A stretch of DNA of 56,653 nt. Origin: an uncultured virus (IMG/VR IMGVR_UViG_3300008448_000010) (taxonomy: Duplodnaviria > Heunggongvirae > Uroviricota > Caudoviricetes). This document shows positions 39,690 through 50,409 of this stretch, piece by piece. The stretch lies in the IMG/VR virus record IMGVR_UViG_3300008448_000010, one strand, 5' to 3'. The notes under the pieces are model-generated. The model saw nothing but the letters and a program-made list of their open reading frames with translations, ran no database searches and had not been told where the DNA came from. Position 1 is the stretch's first letter. Each line of letters opens with the position of its first letter. The position numbers and the translations under genes were made by a program.

Positions 39690-40706
39690 TTAAGAGTTCC
39701 AATACTTCTCAACAGATTGTGTTAAGTCTTTTAAAATATCCTCATTTAAAGGATTTTTTAAGTACTCTACTACATCTGCCACATTTCTTCCTAACAAAGA
39801 GTTAGTTTTAGTATGATAGATATAACCATCTGCCTTATTAACAATATACTTAAAAAAAACGGAATCTCTTACAATAGATTTAATTTTTAATGCTTCCATG
39901 TCTAAATTAGCAGTTTCAACAAAAGATTTAGCTGCACGTTCCATATTACTTTCTCCACCTAAACCATTAATATAATTATCCATGTTTTCATAGATAACAT
40001 CATTAGGTGTTGACTTTTTATATTGTGTACTATTTATATCCACAACTTTTGCAATGTAGAATAACTTAGTACTGTTTTTATCAAATAATTTCTGAAGTTC
40101 AGAAAGTGCTTTGTTACGCAACTTCTTATATTCAGTTCTTACCATTACAGTTTCTTCTGTTTTATCTAAGTAAAACTTAGGAGCAACTGGTCTTGATCTT
40201 GCATCATCATAACTTTTTGCTACCAATGAAAACCCTCCTGCTTCAATTCCATGTAATTTAATTCTATCATATGGATCTTTTGGATCTAAGAATACAGGTT
40301 CATTTCCACAAGCTAAAGTTATTTTATTCCAAAAATCAGAATTATCTGGTTTAAGTAATTTTACTTTATTCCAAAATTGTGGATCATCAAGTTCAATTAC
40401 ATTTGCAGCTAATTCTTTTTCTAATTCACATACTGCAGATCTAATTTCTCTTATCCTTGCAGATTTGTCATCCTCATTTAATAATTTAATATCTGGAGCA
40501 AATTCATTTAGACCTGTTAAGTATCTAACTACTCCATTATTTTCTAAGCATGCTAATTGTTCATGATGAGTTACCCCATCAAATAAAGACATACCATAAT
40601 CTTCTAAGCCCATATTAGAAGCACTTGAATCAAAGAAAGGTCTTACAGCTATTGGTGTTATTTTAACTGTACCCCTTCCGGTTTCTACCATTGTGAAATT
40701 TTCCAT
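39690..40706 (-). CDS. Conserved crAss-like protein downstream of the major capsid gene
   Basis: YLTGL.E...FW....L....VFLDPKDPYD...APKFYL; conserved position. Confidence 0.65.
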   Translation of the reverse strand: MENFTMVETGRGTVKITPIAVRPFFDSSASNMGLEDYGMSLFDGVTHHEQLACLENNGVVRYLTGLNEFAPDIKLLNEDDKSARIREIRSAVCELEKELAANVIELDDPQFWNKVKLLKPDNSDFWNKITLACGNEPVFLDPKDPYDRIKLHGIEAGGFSLVAKSYDDARSRPVAPKFYLDKTEETVMVRTEYKKLRNKALSELQKLFDKNSTKLFYIAKVVDINSTQYKKSTPNDVIYENMDNYINGLGGESNMERAAKSFVETANLDMEALKIKSIVRDSVFFKYIVNKADGYIYHTKTNSLLGRNVADVVEYLKNPLNEDILKDLTQSVEKYWNS

Positions 40707-40761
40707 TTTGTTGTTGGTTTTTAGTTATTATTATTATTATTGGTTAAATTAAATTGAAATC

Positions 40762-40790
40762 AAAAAAAAGGAGGAGTTTCCCCCTCCTTG
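40762..40790 (-). terminator. Rho-independent terminator after major capsid gene
   Basis: AAGGAGGGG-GAAA-CTCCTCCTT followed by a T run on the minus strand. Confidence 0.9.
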
Positions 40791-40807
40791 TTTATTATAG
40801 TGACTGG

Positions 40808-42424
40808 TTAGAAAGATCCACCAGTGATTGGGTTTCTCATCACAATCTTTAAAACTTTAGTTGGGTCTTTTACCCAAATAGCTGGCATTGTTTGAGACAT
40901 CATTACACGGTATCCATTAAACTGTCCTGAAGACTGGAATCCTTGTGTACGGCCCATGTAGTCCATAGTTCCATTTTGGTACCACCACTTTAATTGATTA
41001 TCCCAAGACAACTTCAATAAGAAGATATTGTCATTAGTATTATCAGTGATATCAAAGATGATAAAGCTATAAGAAGATAATGGGAAACCATCAATGATTG
41101 GGTTTTCAATATCATTAGTATGAACATTATCAAATGCTGGATTAAGTACAAACTTAACATTAGCTAAGAATGGAATTACATATGATGTATAAGCAAAACC
41201 AAAGTTTAAGTCCATTCCTTTTCCTGTAATAGCTCCTATGTCAGCAGCTTGAATTAAAAGACCAGAAGAAACTGCTTCTTTTTTAATAGCCTCATTAACC
41301 ATACGCATACCACCCATACCAGTTTGTACAACTAGTGAACGTTTTGGATCTGGACCTTGGAACTCAACTTTACCATTAAAGAAGTTATATATCTCAGAAC
41401 GGAATAGGTCAAGTGTAAAGTTATTCTTGTTATAGATTCTTTTGAAAGAGTTATCCAACTGCTTCCAAAGACCTACTGATAACCTTAGATCATCTGGACC
41501 ATCCTGACGAACTCTACCACCTTGTCCCCACATTAAGTAAGTCTCAATGTCAGAAGCAATTTTAGATAAGTGAGCTGCTTCCATTCCAGTAAGGAATGTT
41601 CTAGACAAATCACCATTATCAAATGCTTTCTTAACTTTATCTTTACCCATAACTTTTACCATGTCTTCTAAAGAAGTCACAGATGGATCCATAGTTTTGT
41701 CAAATGTTCTCCAGATTTCAGTTACAGGAACTGTACCATCTGCATTCATTCCACCTTTGATCATTAAGTCAGCACGTGAAGATATAGAATAGTGAACATG
41801 AGCTTCAGCACCACCAACAAAGTTATAGAATTCACGGAATCCTGTTCTTGTTGTAATGTCTGAGAACCTTTCACCATATTCCCCACGGGCAGAACCCTTA
41901 CGGAATACTTTAGTACCATTGTTTAAGTACTTGTTATCTAGGTATTTGAAGTTATCATTGTTTACTAACTGTACAGTATAGATAAATCCATCACCAATGT
42001 TAAGGATATCATCTGCTGTAATGTACATCTCAACACCATTGTATTTGTCATATGTGATGATATCACCATGTCCAAATTCTCTTCTGTTAAGTTTGATACG
42101 GAAAGTAGATCCTTCTATACCTTTAAATTCATTGTTTGGTTCAATGTCCTCAATGATATAAGGTAGGTCTGTAGACACTGGTGTCTGCCATTTATACTCT
42201 CCACGAGCATTATCTACCATTATAACATTTTTTCCACCAAATGAAGACATTTGATAAAGTGGCATTTCTACCTTTTGGGCCATTGCCCATAAATCCACTG
42301 GACCTAAATCCATTGGCTCTGCATCTTTTAGCATGTTCACCAAGTGGTAAGAATCCACATGGGAACTAGCATTGTAAGCGGTATCTCTAAGGAATATACC
42401 ATTGTTTAAAACTGGAGTTGCCAT
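40808..42424 (-). CDS. Major capsid protein (crAss-like)
   Basis: 538 aa; order terminase, portal, acidic protein, this gene; followed by a strong terminator; motifs EYKW, LMWGQGG, GLWKQL, TGMGGM, WVKDPTK. Confidence 0.85.
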   Translation of the reverse strand: MATPVLNNGIFLRDTAYNASSHVDSYHLVNMLKDAEPMDLGPVDLWAMAQKVEMPLYQMSSFGGKNVIMVDNARGEYKWQTPVSTDLPYIIEDIEPNNEFKGIEGSTFRIKLNRREFGHGDIITYDKYNGVEMYITADDILNIGDGFIYTVQLVNNDNFKYLDNKYLNNGTKVFRKGSARGEYGERFSDITTRTGFREFYNFVGGAEAHVHYSISSRADLMIKGGMNADGTVPVTEIWRTFDKTMDPSVTSLEDMVKVMGKDKVKKAFDNGDLSRTFLTGMEAAHLSKIASDIETYLMWGQGGRVRQDGPDDLRLSVGLWKQLDNSFKRIYNKNNFTLDLFRSEIYNFFNGKVEFQGPDPKRSLVVQTGMGGMRMVNEAIKKEAVSSGLLIQAADIGAITGKGMDLNFGFAYTSYVIPFLANVKFVLNPAFDNVHTNDIENPIIDGFPLSSYSFIIFDITDNTNDNIFLLKLSWDNQLKWWYQNGTMDYMGRTQGFQSSGQFNGYRVMMSQTMPAIWVKDPTKVLKIVMRNPITGGSF

Positions 42425-42452
42425 TTTTTATTTTGTTTTTAATTGTTACTAT

Positions 42453-43715
42453 TTAAAATTTCCTGAATATGTTGCCACCATTTCTAGGAATTGTTCTTTG
42501 AGGTTTGTTACTAGAATTTCTTTGCTCTGGCTCTTCATCAAGTGCTGTTGCTGTATTTTTTCTAGCCTCCTCTGTTTTCAACATTCTTACTGCTTTTTCA
42601 GTAGCTTGTTTACCACCTTGCTCTCTTACTCTTCCTTTGTATCCTTCTGGATCTGAAAGTAACCAAAGAGCTTCTGCAATTAAGTCATGTCTTGGCTCTA
42701 CAAACTGATACTTTTCTAATAAGTGTCCTAGCATGTTTGTAGGTTTACCAGAAATTGATGGATAATTTGGTTGAACTAATCCTGAGTAAAGTTGACTCTG
42801 TGTCTTTTTATCAAGTTTAATACCTCCCAATTCACCTGTCAAAAGTGTATTATATACATTATCTGTATACGCTTTTGCTGCCTGAGCTTGTTGTTCTTTT
42901 TTATGTTCTTGTTCTGCTAACTGTCTTGCAACAATTTCTTCTTGCATTCTATCTAACTTTGGTTTAAACTGGTTAGCTTTCTGCTCTAGTTTTCCTAAGT
43001 CATTCCAATCTTGAACTTCAGATTCTATTTCTTCTGGAGTTCCAAAATTTGTAGCATATAAATATTGTCTTGCAATTTCTGCTTGATCATATTCATTTGA
43101 AGGATCTAATTGAATCATTTCTTCTACTTGTGCAAGTGTTCTAAATAATCCTTTTAAGTCTTGTCCTCCATCAGCTACATACTTAGCTGCAATTTGAAGT
43201 TCCTCTGGTAAAGAATTAAAAAATTCTTTTGGAACATTCTTTTTAATCTTGTCTTCTCTTTCTTGGAAGTTAGCTTCAAACAATTCTCTAAAGTCTTTAG
43301 TACTATATTCTTCTAATGGTTTATCATCATCAAAAGCTACTAAAGCTCCTTCTTCAATCATCTTCTGTGCTAGTTCATAAAGACCTGATTTATCAATCTT
43401 TGGTCTGCCTTTATTACCAGCATCTTCTTCTTGACTGATTAAGTTATCAAGCTCTGCAATAGTTTCATCAACTTCTGCTTTCTTTTCTGCCTCTTCTACT
43501 TTATCAGTAGGTCTTGCAGGGTTGTCAAGGAACGAAGTGTCTACATTCCCTTTAGAGAACATGGACTTTGGTTTATCATCTGAATCTCCATCTGAAGGTA
43601 GCATAATACTTTCTGCTCCAGGGGTACCAAATAACTCATCAATATTTACATCTACTAGATCTACCGTTGTAGAATCTTTTACCTCTTTGTTGAGGTCATC
43701 AATTTCTTTACTCAT
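42453..43715 (-). CDS. Acidic helical protein between portal and capsid genes (scaffold-like)
   Basis: D/E-rich disordered N-terminus, coiled coil, conserved position. Confidence 0.6.
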   Translation of the reverse strand: MSKEIDDLNKEVKDSTTVDLVDVNIDELFGTPGAESIMLPSDGDSDDKPKSMFSKGNVDTSFLDNPARPTDKVEEAEKKAEVDETIAELDNLISQEEDAGNKGRPKIDKSGLYELAQKMIEEGALVAFDDDKPLEEYSTKDFRELFEANFQEREDKIKKNVPKEFFNSLPEELQIAAKYVADGGQDLKGLFRTLAQVEEMIQLDPSNEYDQAEIARQYLYATNFGTPEEIESEVQDWNDLGKLEQKANQFKPKLDRMQEEIVARQLAEQEHKKEQQAQAAKAYTDNVYNTLLTGELGGIKLDKKTQSQLYSGLVQPNYPSISGKPTNMLGHLLEKYQFVEPRHDLIAEALWLLSDPEGYKGRVREQGGKQATEKAVRMLKTEEARKNTATALDEEPEQRNSSNKPQRTIPRNGGNIFRKF

Positions 43716-43737
43716 GTTGTTGGTTTTTGTTTATACT

Positions 43738-43769
43738 TTAATATACAAATTAAACTTGATAAATTTAAA
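43738..43769 (-). promoter_or_regulatory. Putative promoter TTTA-N20-TATATTAA with imperfect palindrome TAAACTT-GAT-AAATTTA
   Basis: Boxes at 43766-43769 and 43738-43745; near-palindrome at 43751-43767. Confidence 0.55.
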
Positions 43770-43804
43770 AGCTTAAAACTATTTTTTTGTAATACATAGC
43801 TAAC

Positions 43805-46555
43805 CTACTCTTTCTTTTTATCATTGCCTCCTTTATCAAACTTATTTTTATTAATTCTAGCTATTTCAAGTTGCTTATTAGCAATATCTTTTTGTACTTG
43901 TAACTTTTCTTGTTCAATAGCCATCTTCTGAGAATGTCTTAAATTCTCATTAGATTGTTTATCTCTAGCAATATTAGTTTGCTGTTGGTATTGCTCAGTT
44001 TGACGGATGTCTTTCATAGCATCTTGATAATCAGACATTTCATTTTTATTAACATCTACAGCAGAACCATATCCAGCAGCTTTAATTTCAGCAACAGTAA
44101 TATTATTCTGTAGTTGCTTATCCTGGTTATCAGCTTCAGCCTGAATCATCATTTGTTTTTGTTTTTCCTGAGAAGCTAGTTGTTCACTTTGCATTTGTTG
44201 TTGCTGCTGCATCTCCTCTTGTTTTTGTTTCTGTTGTTTTTCTTCAGAAGTTTTAAGAACAGTATTAAGTTGAGCAATAGAATCAGCTTGTACAATTTTA
44301 CCAAGATCATAAATACTAGCACCTGCTGTATTATTAGTCATGGCCATTTGTTTTAATTGTTCAAGAACTGATCTATGATTTGCAGTAGTACTACAAAAAA
44401 TATTAAGATCTCTCATTAATAAGTCAGTACCATTTATTTGAAAATTAACTTTTTCATCAGCACCTGTAATATATGTTAATCTTGCTGATGGTTTAGTTGA
44501 GTGATAATACTGTGCTAAGTCAGTACGCATTTGGTGCACCCTAGGCATTAGATAGTCACAGTGTTGGATAAAGAATACCTCTGTCTGTGCATAAGATGCT
44601 GCAGCAGCTTGTTCTACACCTGTAGCAGTCATTTGAGATAACTGTTGTCCCATCCTTTGAGGATTAACACCTATTACTTCATATGCTTGAGACTTAAAGT
44701 AGTTTGCTATTTGTATTCTTGACATTAATCTTTCTGTCTGAGACAGATCTAATTTCTGGAAATGTTGGAAGTTAAGAGCATTCTCTGTATTGGTAATACT
44801 AGTATCCAATGGTAGCATCTGGAAATTCTTCATTGCTACATAAGCTTTAGCTAAATTACCTTTTCCCCAATCTTCTCCTAGTGAATGTCTAGGAAGAGTG
44901 TTCTGGTCTAACATGATAATAGTTCCTAACTCATCTACTAATATATCAGCAATCTGGTTATTTACTATGTTATATCCAATTTGGTATGGCTTCATTAAAT
45001 CTAATAAAGCTGTTGACTTAGTATTTCTATCTGAGAATACAGATCCTTCTACAGGAAGTTTACAACCATATAAAGTATTGTCTCCTTTAAATTGAAACTT
45101 AAGAGGATTAATTTTGTTTTTATCTACTCCAATGTATATAGGAGAAAATCCACCTGGATTATTCATACCCCAAAATGAAGGAATATTTGGACCAATTTTT
45201 ACACCACCCCAAACTTCATTAATCCAGATCCAATCAATATGATCTCCAAATATAATATTGTCTTTACTTTTATTCTTAAATAGTCTAGTATCATAAATTG
45301 GTTTATTTTCCACTTCATAATTTTCACTAACTATTTCATTTGTTACTTCACCATTTTCAGCAACACTTGTTAAATGTCCAAGTTTTCTTTGAGATTTCCA
45401 ATAGATTGTAGATACTCTTAATAAAAATGCAGTACCTTGATCATAGTAATCTTCTCCTTCACTTAGTATTTGATTAATAATATCACCAGATTCTAATACA
45501 GATCCTCCCATTGCACTAGTGTACTGTCTATACCCTAGAGAAGGCATATTAACATTTTGCTCATGAGATTTAGTACCATCATAGAATGATCCATCATTTT
45601 GTACTCCACCTATTGTATAACCAGCAGATCTGATAGGATAAACAGCTTCTAATGCTTCTAACTGTTCTTCTGTCATTATGTATCCATATCTATCAATAAC
45701 ATCAGCAGCTGTCATCATATCTGTTTTACCAACCCAATTAGATTGAGATATATATCTTGAATCTGGAGACTTGTGATAGAATGTAATAGCAGGATTCCAT
45801 AACTCTACTTCATAATCATCTTCCATCATGCGGAAATGCCAGAACTCTCTGTCTGTAATAAGCATATCTCTGAAAGCTCTTTCTTCTAACTCATCCATTC
45901 TAAATCTTTCAACATCTACTTTATGTTGATGTGATGCCCATTCCTCTACCATAGATCTATAATCTTTTTTAAAGAATTGTTCTATTTCTGGTAATGTTTT
46001 AAGATTCTCTGGACTCATTTGTTGTCTTGCTTCTTCAGAATTAGGATCTAGTCCTTGTTCTAATAAAGCTGCAGTAAGTTTAATTTGAGCATCAGCTAGT
46101 AAAGTTTCCTCTACCATTTTTCTTTTTTGCTCTATCATCTCATTGTATGAGAATTCATCTACTGCTCTATATGTAAGTTTAGTGGATCTTTTTGCAAACT
46201 CTGCTACAAGTACATTAATTACATTTGGGATAATTGGATAAAACTTTAACTCTAATGCTGACTGATCTTCTTTTGTTAATATTTCTACAATATCTCTGTA
46301 ATCATTGTTATCCTCTACTATGTAATCTGACTTGTCTATGATACCTTTTGCAAGCTTATAGTTCTTCATTAACCTACGGGCATTTCTACGGATCTGTACT
46401 AGACCTTTCCATTCTACCCAGTCTAGGTTCCAAGCAGCCCATTGCTCATCTTTTTCTTTTCTAGAAAGAAACTGTAATGGTTGTGTTATAGATGCTAATC
46501 TATTATGATCAGTTTTAGCTCCTTTTTTAGCTTGTATTGCATTTATTATTTGCAT
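43805..46555 (-). CDS. Portal protein
   Basis: NYKLAKG, YPIIPNVINVLVAE, WINEVWGG.KIG, KLP..G, MKPYQ..YNIV, G..PQR.GQ; Q-rich C-terminal coil; follows terminase. Confidence 0.9.
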   Translation of the reverse strand: MQIINAIQAKKGAKTDHNRLASITQPLQFLSRKEKDEQWAAWNLDWVEWKGLVQIRRNARRLMKNYKLAKGIIDKSDYIVEDNNDYRDIVEILTKEDQSALELKFYPIIPNVINVLVAEFAKRSTKLTYRAVDEFSYNEMIEQKRKMVEETLLADAQIKLTAALLEQGLDPNSEEARQQMSPENLKTLPEIEQFFKKDYRSMVEEWASHQHKVDVERFRMDELEERAFRDMLITDREFWHFRMMEDDYEVELWNPAITFYHKSPDSRYISQSNWVGKTDMMTAADVIDRYGYIMTEEQLEALEAVYPIRSAGYTIGGVQNDGSFYDGTKSHEQNVNMPSLGYRQYTSAMGGSVLESGDIINQILSEGEDYYDQGTAFLLRVSTIYWKSQRKLGHLTSVAENGEVTNEIVSENYEVENKPIYDTRLFKNKSKDNIIFGDHIDWIWINEVWGGVKIGPNIPSFWGMNNPGGFSPIYIGVDKNKINPLKFQFKGDNTLYGCKLPVEGSVFSDRNTKSTALLDLMKPYQIGYNIVNNQIADILVDELGTIIMLDQNTLPRHSLGEDWGKGNLAKAYVAMKNFQMLPLDTSITNTENALNFQHFQKLDLSQTERLMSRIQIANYFKSQAYEVIGVNPQRMGQQLSQMTATGVEQAAAASYAQTEVFFIQHCDYLMPRVHQMRTDLAQYYHSTKPSARLTYITGADEKVNFQINGTDLLMRDLNIFCSTTANHRSVLEQLKQMAMTNNTAGASIYDLGKIVQADSIAQLNTVLKTSEEKQQKQKQEEMQQQQQMQSEQLASQEKQKQMMIQAEADNQDKQLQNNITVAEIKAAGYGSAVDVNKNEMSDYQDAMKDIRQTEQYQQQTNIARDKQSNENLRHSQKMAIEQEKLQVQKDIANKQLEIARINKNKFDKGGNDKKKE

Positions 46556-46560
46556 AGTTT

Positions 46561-48762
46561 TTACTTTAAGTTTTTAAATGGAGATTTTTTAAATCCTTGA
46601 CCATTTGCAAGTTGACCTTTCCCCATGTGACGAAAGGGACTTCTATTTAATTTAAACAAATTTTCTGACTTTTGCAAGTTTTTAGCACTGTCATCCATAA
46701 TAACTCTTTTGGCATAACCTCTATTAGATTGTTGTATTCTCATAAAGGCAACTAAAGCTGCAAAAGAAACTAGTCTATCCACATTGACACCTGCTGCATA
46801 TTCTCTCATTTCAGTTAATAACATAGGATCTGGTATTCTTTCTATGCCATATTTAGTTCTTACTATAGTACCATCTGTTTTAGTTTCAACATCTAATTCT
46901 TCTTTAGTATATTCTATAGCATAATTAAGAAGATGTTGTTTAAATAAGGTTCCGGTATTCTTCCAACCATATTCCTGAAATACATTAGCATTAGCACCTA
47001 GATCTTTTAAGAACATGATCTGACTCTTAGGTACTAAAAACTTTTGTTTTTTTCTAGATATCATATATTGGATAAATAAAGAAATATTATTTTCTATAAC
47101 TGTCCATGCATTATACCATTCTATAATTAATTCTAATCTCTGGTGAGTTTTATTTAAATCATCAAATCTACCACACCAAGCTGCTACAATTTTATCTGGT
47201 TCTATGTAAGTTTCAGTCTCTGTTCCAGTTACTTTTGTAACTTCTACTGGAGCTTTCATTACATATATAGAACATAATGATTCTGATGTTGTTGTTTTTC
47301 CTTCAGATACAGGGTCAATTGAAGCATAGTACTGTCCAAATGTTGGATCTTTAATTGGTCTTTCCCATACAACTAATACTCCTGTTTTATCTTCAGTTTT
47401 TTTAGTTATTGGAAACTCTTTAATAGGTTGTTTATTAGAATGTTTAACAGTAGGTTTACCATTTTCATCTGTAGAAATATCTAAAAATTCATATGAATAT
47501 TCTTTTTCTTCAATTCTTCTTTGTTGTGCAGCTACAAGATGTGGAGGAAAAACAGATACAGATCTATGTGCAAAAGCTTCTTCAATATTTCTAGGATGCT
47601 GAGATATCCTTAACTGGTAGTCTTCTGGAGATAATTCATCTTTCCATTTAGCAAACTGTTCATCTAAAGCTTTTAATGATTCTTCTACAAGTGAATTACC
47701 ATACTCATCAATGTAAGGAGGCATTGACCATTGTTCAGGAATAAATAAACCTGACAAACCTACAGTACCTTTAGAATCTATAAGATTAGTTTCAATACAG
47801 TAAATATCTTTTGATGTAGGATTAAGCATCATATCCTTTAATGGATTACATTGGGATAAATCTCCTACAGAACCTGCAGCAATAAACATTCCTGTAGTTG
47901 TTAAACCTGATCTCATTGCAGGTCTCATGTACTCATAAGTCTGATCCATCTTTGGTGCTATACCAGCTTCTTCATGAAAGAAATATTTTACTGGTCCACC
48001 TACACCATTTGTTGGATCCTTTTCAAAAGACATCCCCTGCATTGTACCTTTGAGACCAACTTCTGCTTTTCTATCTCCTTTTCTTACCTCAATCTTTTGT
48101 TGCCACATTAAAACTTTATCAGGAGACATAGGTCTATACCATGCAGTATGTTCATTTAAAAATGCAGCATATTCTGATAAAAATTTCCATGAACCTTTTT
48201 CATTTATATAATCTTTAAGACTAGCACCTATTTTAAGTGTTACACCTGACTCAAACCAAAGCTGATTAAGTAACTTAGATATATGAAAGTAAGAAGATGC
48301 TATCTGCCGTTTCTTTAGAATAGCAACATGTTTATAATTAAGTTCTGCAAGTAGTTCATACAGTGCCATATGATACTGAGCATCTCTAATTTTTGCAAAG
48401 TCAAACTTCTGTTGTTCTTTATCAAAGATTGGTAAAAAGTTTAACCACATATAGTAGTCTCTTGTAATATACCATTTCTTGGTACCTTTTTTATAAAAGA
48501 CTCCTTTTCTACATCTTTCTTTTTGATTGTCCCAATAAGTTACAAAGTCTTTAGATCTAAATGGAAATGTACAATATACATTTTGTTCTCTAAACTTTAT
48601 TGCTTCTTGATTAAAAAGAAAACTTGTATCATCAAATTTATACTTTCCAGGTTCAGAAAATATTTCAAAAATAGAGTTAGAAAACTCTTCTCTAGAATCA
48701 AATGATACTGTTGTCCATGTACCATTATCCCAACAGGGTATGTCTTGATATATTTCACTCAT
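46561..48762 (-). CDS. terL: Terminase large subunit
   Basis: Walker A-like LKKRQIASSY, Walker B FFHEEAG, nuclease motifs YASIDPV, IENN, NVDRLVS. Confidence 0.92.
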   Translation of the reverse strand: MSEIYQDIPCWDNGTWTTVSFDSREEFSNSIFEIFSEPGKYKFDDTSFLFNQEAIKFREQNVYCTFPFRSKDFVTYWDNQKERCRKGVFYKKGTKKWYITRDYYMWLNFLPIFDKEQQKFDFAKIRDAQYHMALYELLAELNYKHVAILKKRQIASSYFHISKLLNQLWFESGVTLKIGASLKDYINEKGSWKFLSEYAAFLNEHTAWYRPMSPDKVLMWQQKIEVRKGDRKAEVGLKGTMQGMSFEKDPTNGVGGPVKYFFHEEAGIAPKMDQTYEYMRPAMRSGLTTTGMFIAAGSVGDLSQCNPLKDMMLNPTSKDIYCIETNLIDSKGTVGLSGLFIPEQWSMPPYIDEYGNSLVEESLKALDEQFAKWKDELSPEDYQLRISQHPRNIEEAFAHRSVSVFPPHLVAAQQRRIEEKEYSYEFLDISTDENGKPTVKHSNKQPIKEFPITKKTEDKTGVLVVWERPIKDPTFGQYYASIDPVSEGKTTTSESLCSIYVMKAPVEVTKVTGTETETYIEPDKIVAAWCGRFDDLNKTHQRLELIIEWYNAWTVIENNISLFIQYMISRKKQKFLVPKSQIMFLKDLGANANVFQEYGWKNTGTLFKQHLLNYAIEYTKEELDVETKTDGTIVRTKYGIERIPDPMLLTEMREYAAGVNVDRLVSFAALVAFMRIQQSNRGYAKRVIMDDSAKNLQKSENLFKLNRSPFRHMGKGQLANGQGFKKSPFKNLK

Positions 48763-48764
48763 AA

Positions 48765-49280
48765 TTAAGAATCATATGCAAGACCCTGACCTCCTCTAAC
48801 TTTACTTGATTGTTCATCTTGAAGATCTTTATATACTCCTTTAAATGATGCTCTAATCTGGTCAAAGTTTTTGGCTGCAGCTACTAGTGAATTAATATTA
48901 CCATCTCTTCCTGCTGTAATCTGTGTAGTCTCCATGTATTTAGCTAATCTATCTAACATAGAGGCCATTCCTTTATATGCTCTTGATGTAGGAGTTTCAT
49001 ACATTTTTTGACAGAACTGTAAGGCAATAAAGATATCATCATCTTCTGTAGAAAATTCAGCATTTATTTCTTTTAGTATAATACTTTCTTTATCAATCTC
49101 AGGAGTATGAAAAAAAGGATTCAAATCTGGATTAGGACAAGTCATATAAAAAAGATATAAATATATGTTAAGATGATCTTCTGGATAGTTATCCATTATA
49201 TCTTTAAGGGCTTTTAGTGTATAACAATGTTCTGTAGGAATAACCACACCATTCTGAACATCAAATAATCTTACAATCAT
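48765..49280 (-). CDS. Conserved protein upstream of terL (possible small terminase subunit)
   Basis: Helical 171 aa ending VRGG, 2 bp from the terL start; function inferred from position only. Confidence 0.45.
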   Translation of the reverse strand: MIVRLFDVQNGVVIPTEHCYTLKALKDIMDNYPEDHLNIYLYLFYMTCPNPDLNPFFHTPEIDKESIILKEINAEFSTEDDDIFIALQFCQKMYETPTSRAYKGMASMLDRLAKYMETTQITAGRDGNINSLVAAAKNFDQIRASFKGVYKDLQDEQSSKVRGGQGLAYDS

Positions 49281-50110
49281 TTCTTTTTTACTTTATGTTT
49301 ATTATCATGCAAATAATGCATAATGCTTATTACTTCATCAACTAGATAAGGAACTGCAATTGGAAGTACTTCTTTTACAATTGGTTCATTATTATAATTA
49401 AGTTTAGCTATTGGATATCCCCATTTATCAACATCTTCTTGTTCAAATGAAATATGATGGATAAATATTCTTCCAGGTTTTAATTTAGGATTATGCTTAA
49501 GTATAATATACATATAAATACTTAATTGTAAGGCATAGTGATTAAAATTACAATCATCTAAATTATCTAGAGGTGGTAATAGTTTATCTGATTTACCTTC
49601 CCAATCTGTATATGATTCTGTTTTTATTTCTTTATTAGTTTTATAATCTATGATATTTACTTTACCATTTACTATTTCTACTAAATCTGATTGTCCACAA
49701 ATACCAACTGATTTAAGATACATCATATGTTCAGGATATACTCCTGGTTCTAACTTTTGTATAGAAGCATATTTTATGCCATCTTTTTCTGGTAGTGGTG
49801 AAAATATTGGAATTGTAAAACCTTCTCTTTCAATAGATGCTAATGCACATAAGTCAGTTTCTCTTTGGTTATGATAGTAAGTTCCTAGTGTAGTTGCTCT
49901 TGTAGATTCAGCATTCCATATATTTTGAATTTCCTCTGGTGATATACCATACCATTTAGATTTTTTATTTTTAGAAACTTTTTCAGCAACTTTTTTAGCA
50001 TCAAAGGGTTTCTTAAAATGAGAAACAAGAGTTGTCACACTAATCCAGTCTATACCTTCAGTGTTTATACTATTATAACTATGATCTATGGCATTAAATG
50101 TAATACTCAT
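49277..50110 (-). CDS. PD-(D/E)XK exonuclease
   Basis: SVTT, GTYYH, PEH...ICGQSDLV...IIDYKTNK...YALQLSIY. Confidence 0.88.
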   Translation of the reverse strand: MSITFNAIDHSYNSINTEGIDWISVTTLVSHFKKPFDAKKVAEKVSKNKKSKWYGISPEEIQNIWNAESTRATTLGTYYHNQRETDLCALASIEREGFTIPIFSPLPEKDGIKYASIQKLEPGVYPEHMMYLKSVGICGQSDLVEIVNGKVNIIDYKTNKEIKTESYTDWEGKSDKLLPPLDNLDDCNFNHYALQLSIYMYIILKHNPKLKPGRIFIHHISFEQEDVDKWGYPIAKLNYNNEPIVKEVLPIAVPYLVDEVISIMHYLHDNKHKVKKK

Positions 50111-50409
50111 AATGCATCAAGTTTATCTTCTTCTTCTTGACTCATAATTGCTTCCCACTTTGCACCTTCTGGATGAGGACAAGATGAAGATAAAGATCTA
50201 GTTTTAAATGTTAAAGAACATCCACATTCATTGCAGCATGGAGCAGTACCTTTTACTGCACATTTTTTTCCTTTAAGTTCACAATTATTGCAGACCTCAT
50301 ATCTCATTTTTGCTACCTCTTCTACAAACTCATCTCTAATGACAGAATTTTTAATTCCTTCAAATATTCCCTTTCTATTTTCCCAAAGTGTTTTCAGTAC
50401 TGCTTTCAT
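50107..50409 (-). CDS. Small Cys-rich Zn-binding protein
   Basis: R..VCNNC...C...CCNECGC.L..K.RS....CP....KW. Confidence 0.7.
   Translation of the reverse strand: MKAVLKTLWENRKGIFEGIKNSVIRDEFVEEVAKMRYEVCNNCELKGKKCAVKGTAPCCNECGCSLTFKTRSLSSSCPHPEGAKWEAIMSQEEEDKLDAL

Noticed and set aside
40808..48762. Introns or inteins in terminase, portal or capsid genes
   Set aside because: ORFs are continuous, of plausible length, and show no intein splice motifs or embedded endonuclease domains.
49277..50110. Cas4 assignment
   Set aside because: Lacks the Cas4 Fe-S cysteine arrangement and any CRISPR context; kept as a generic PD-(D/E)XK nuclease.
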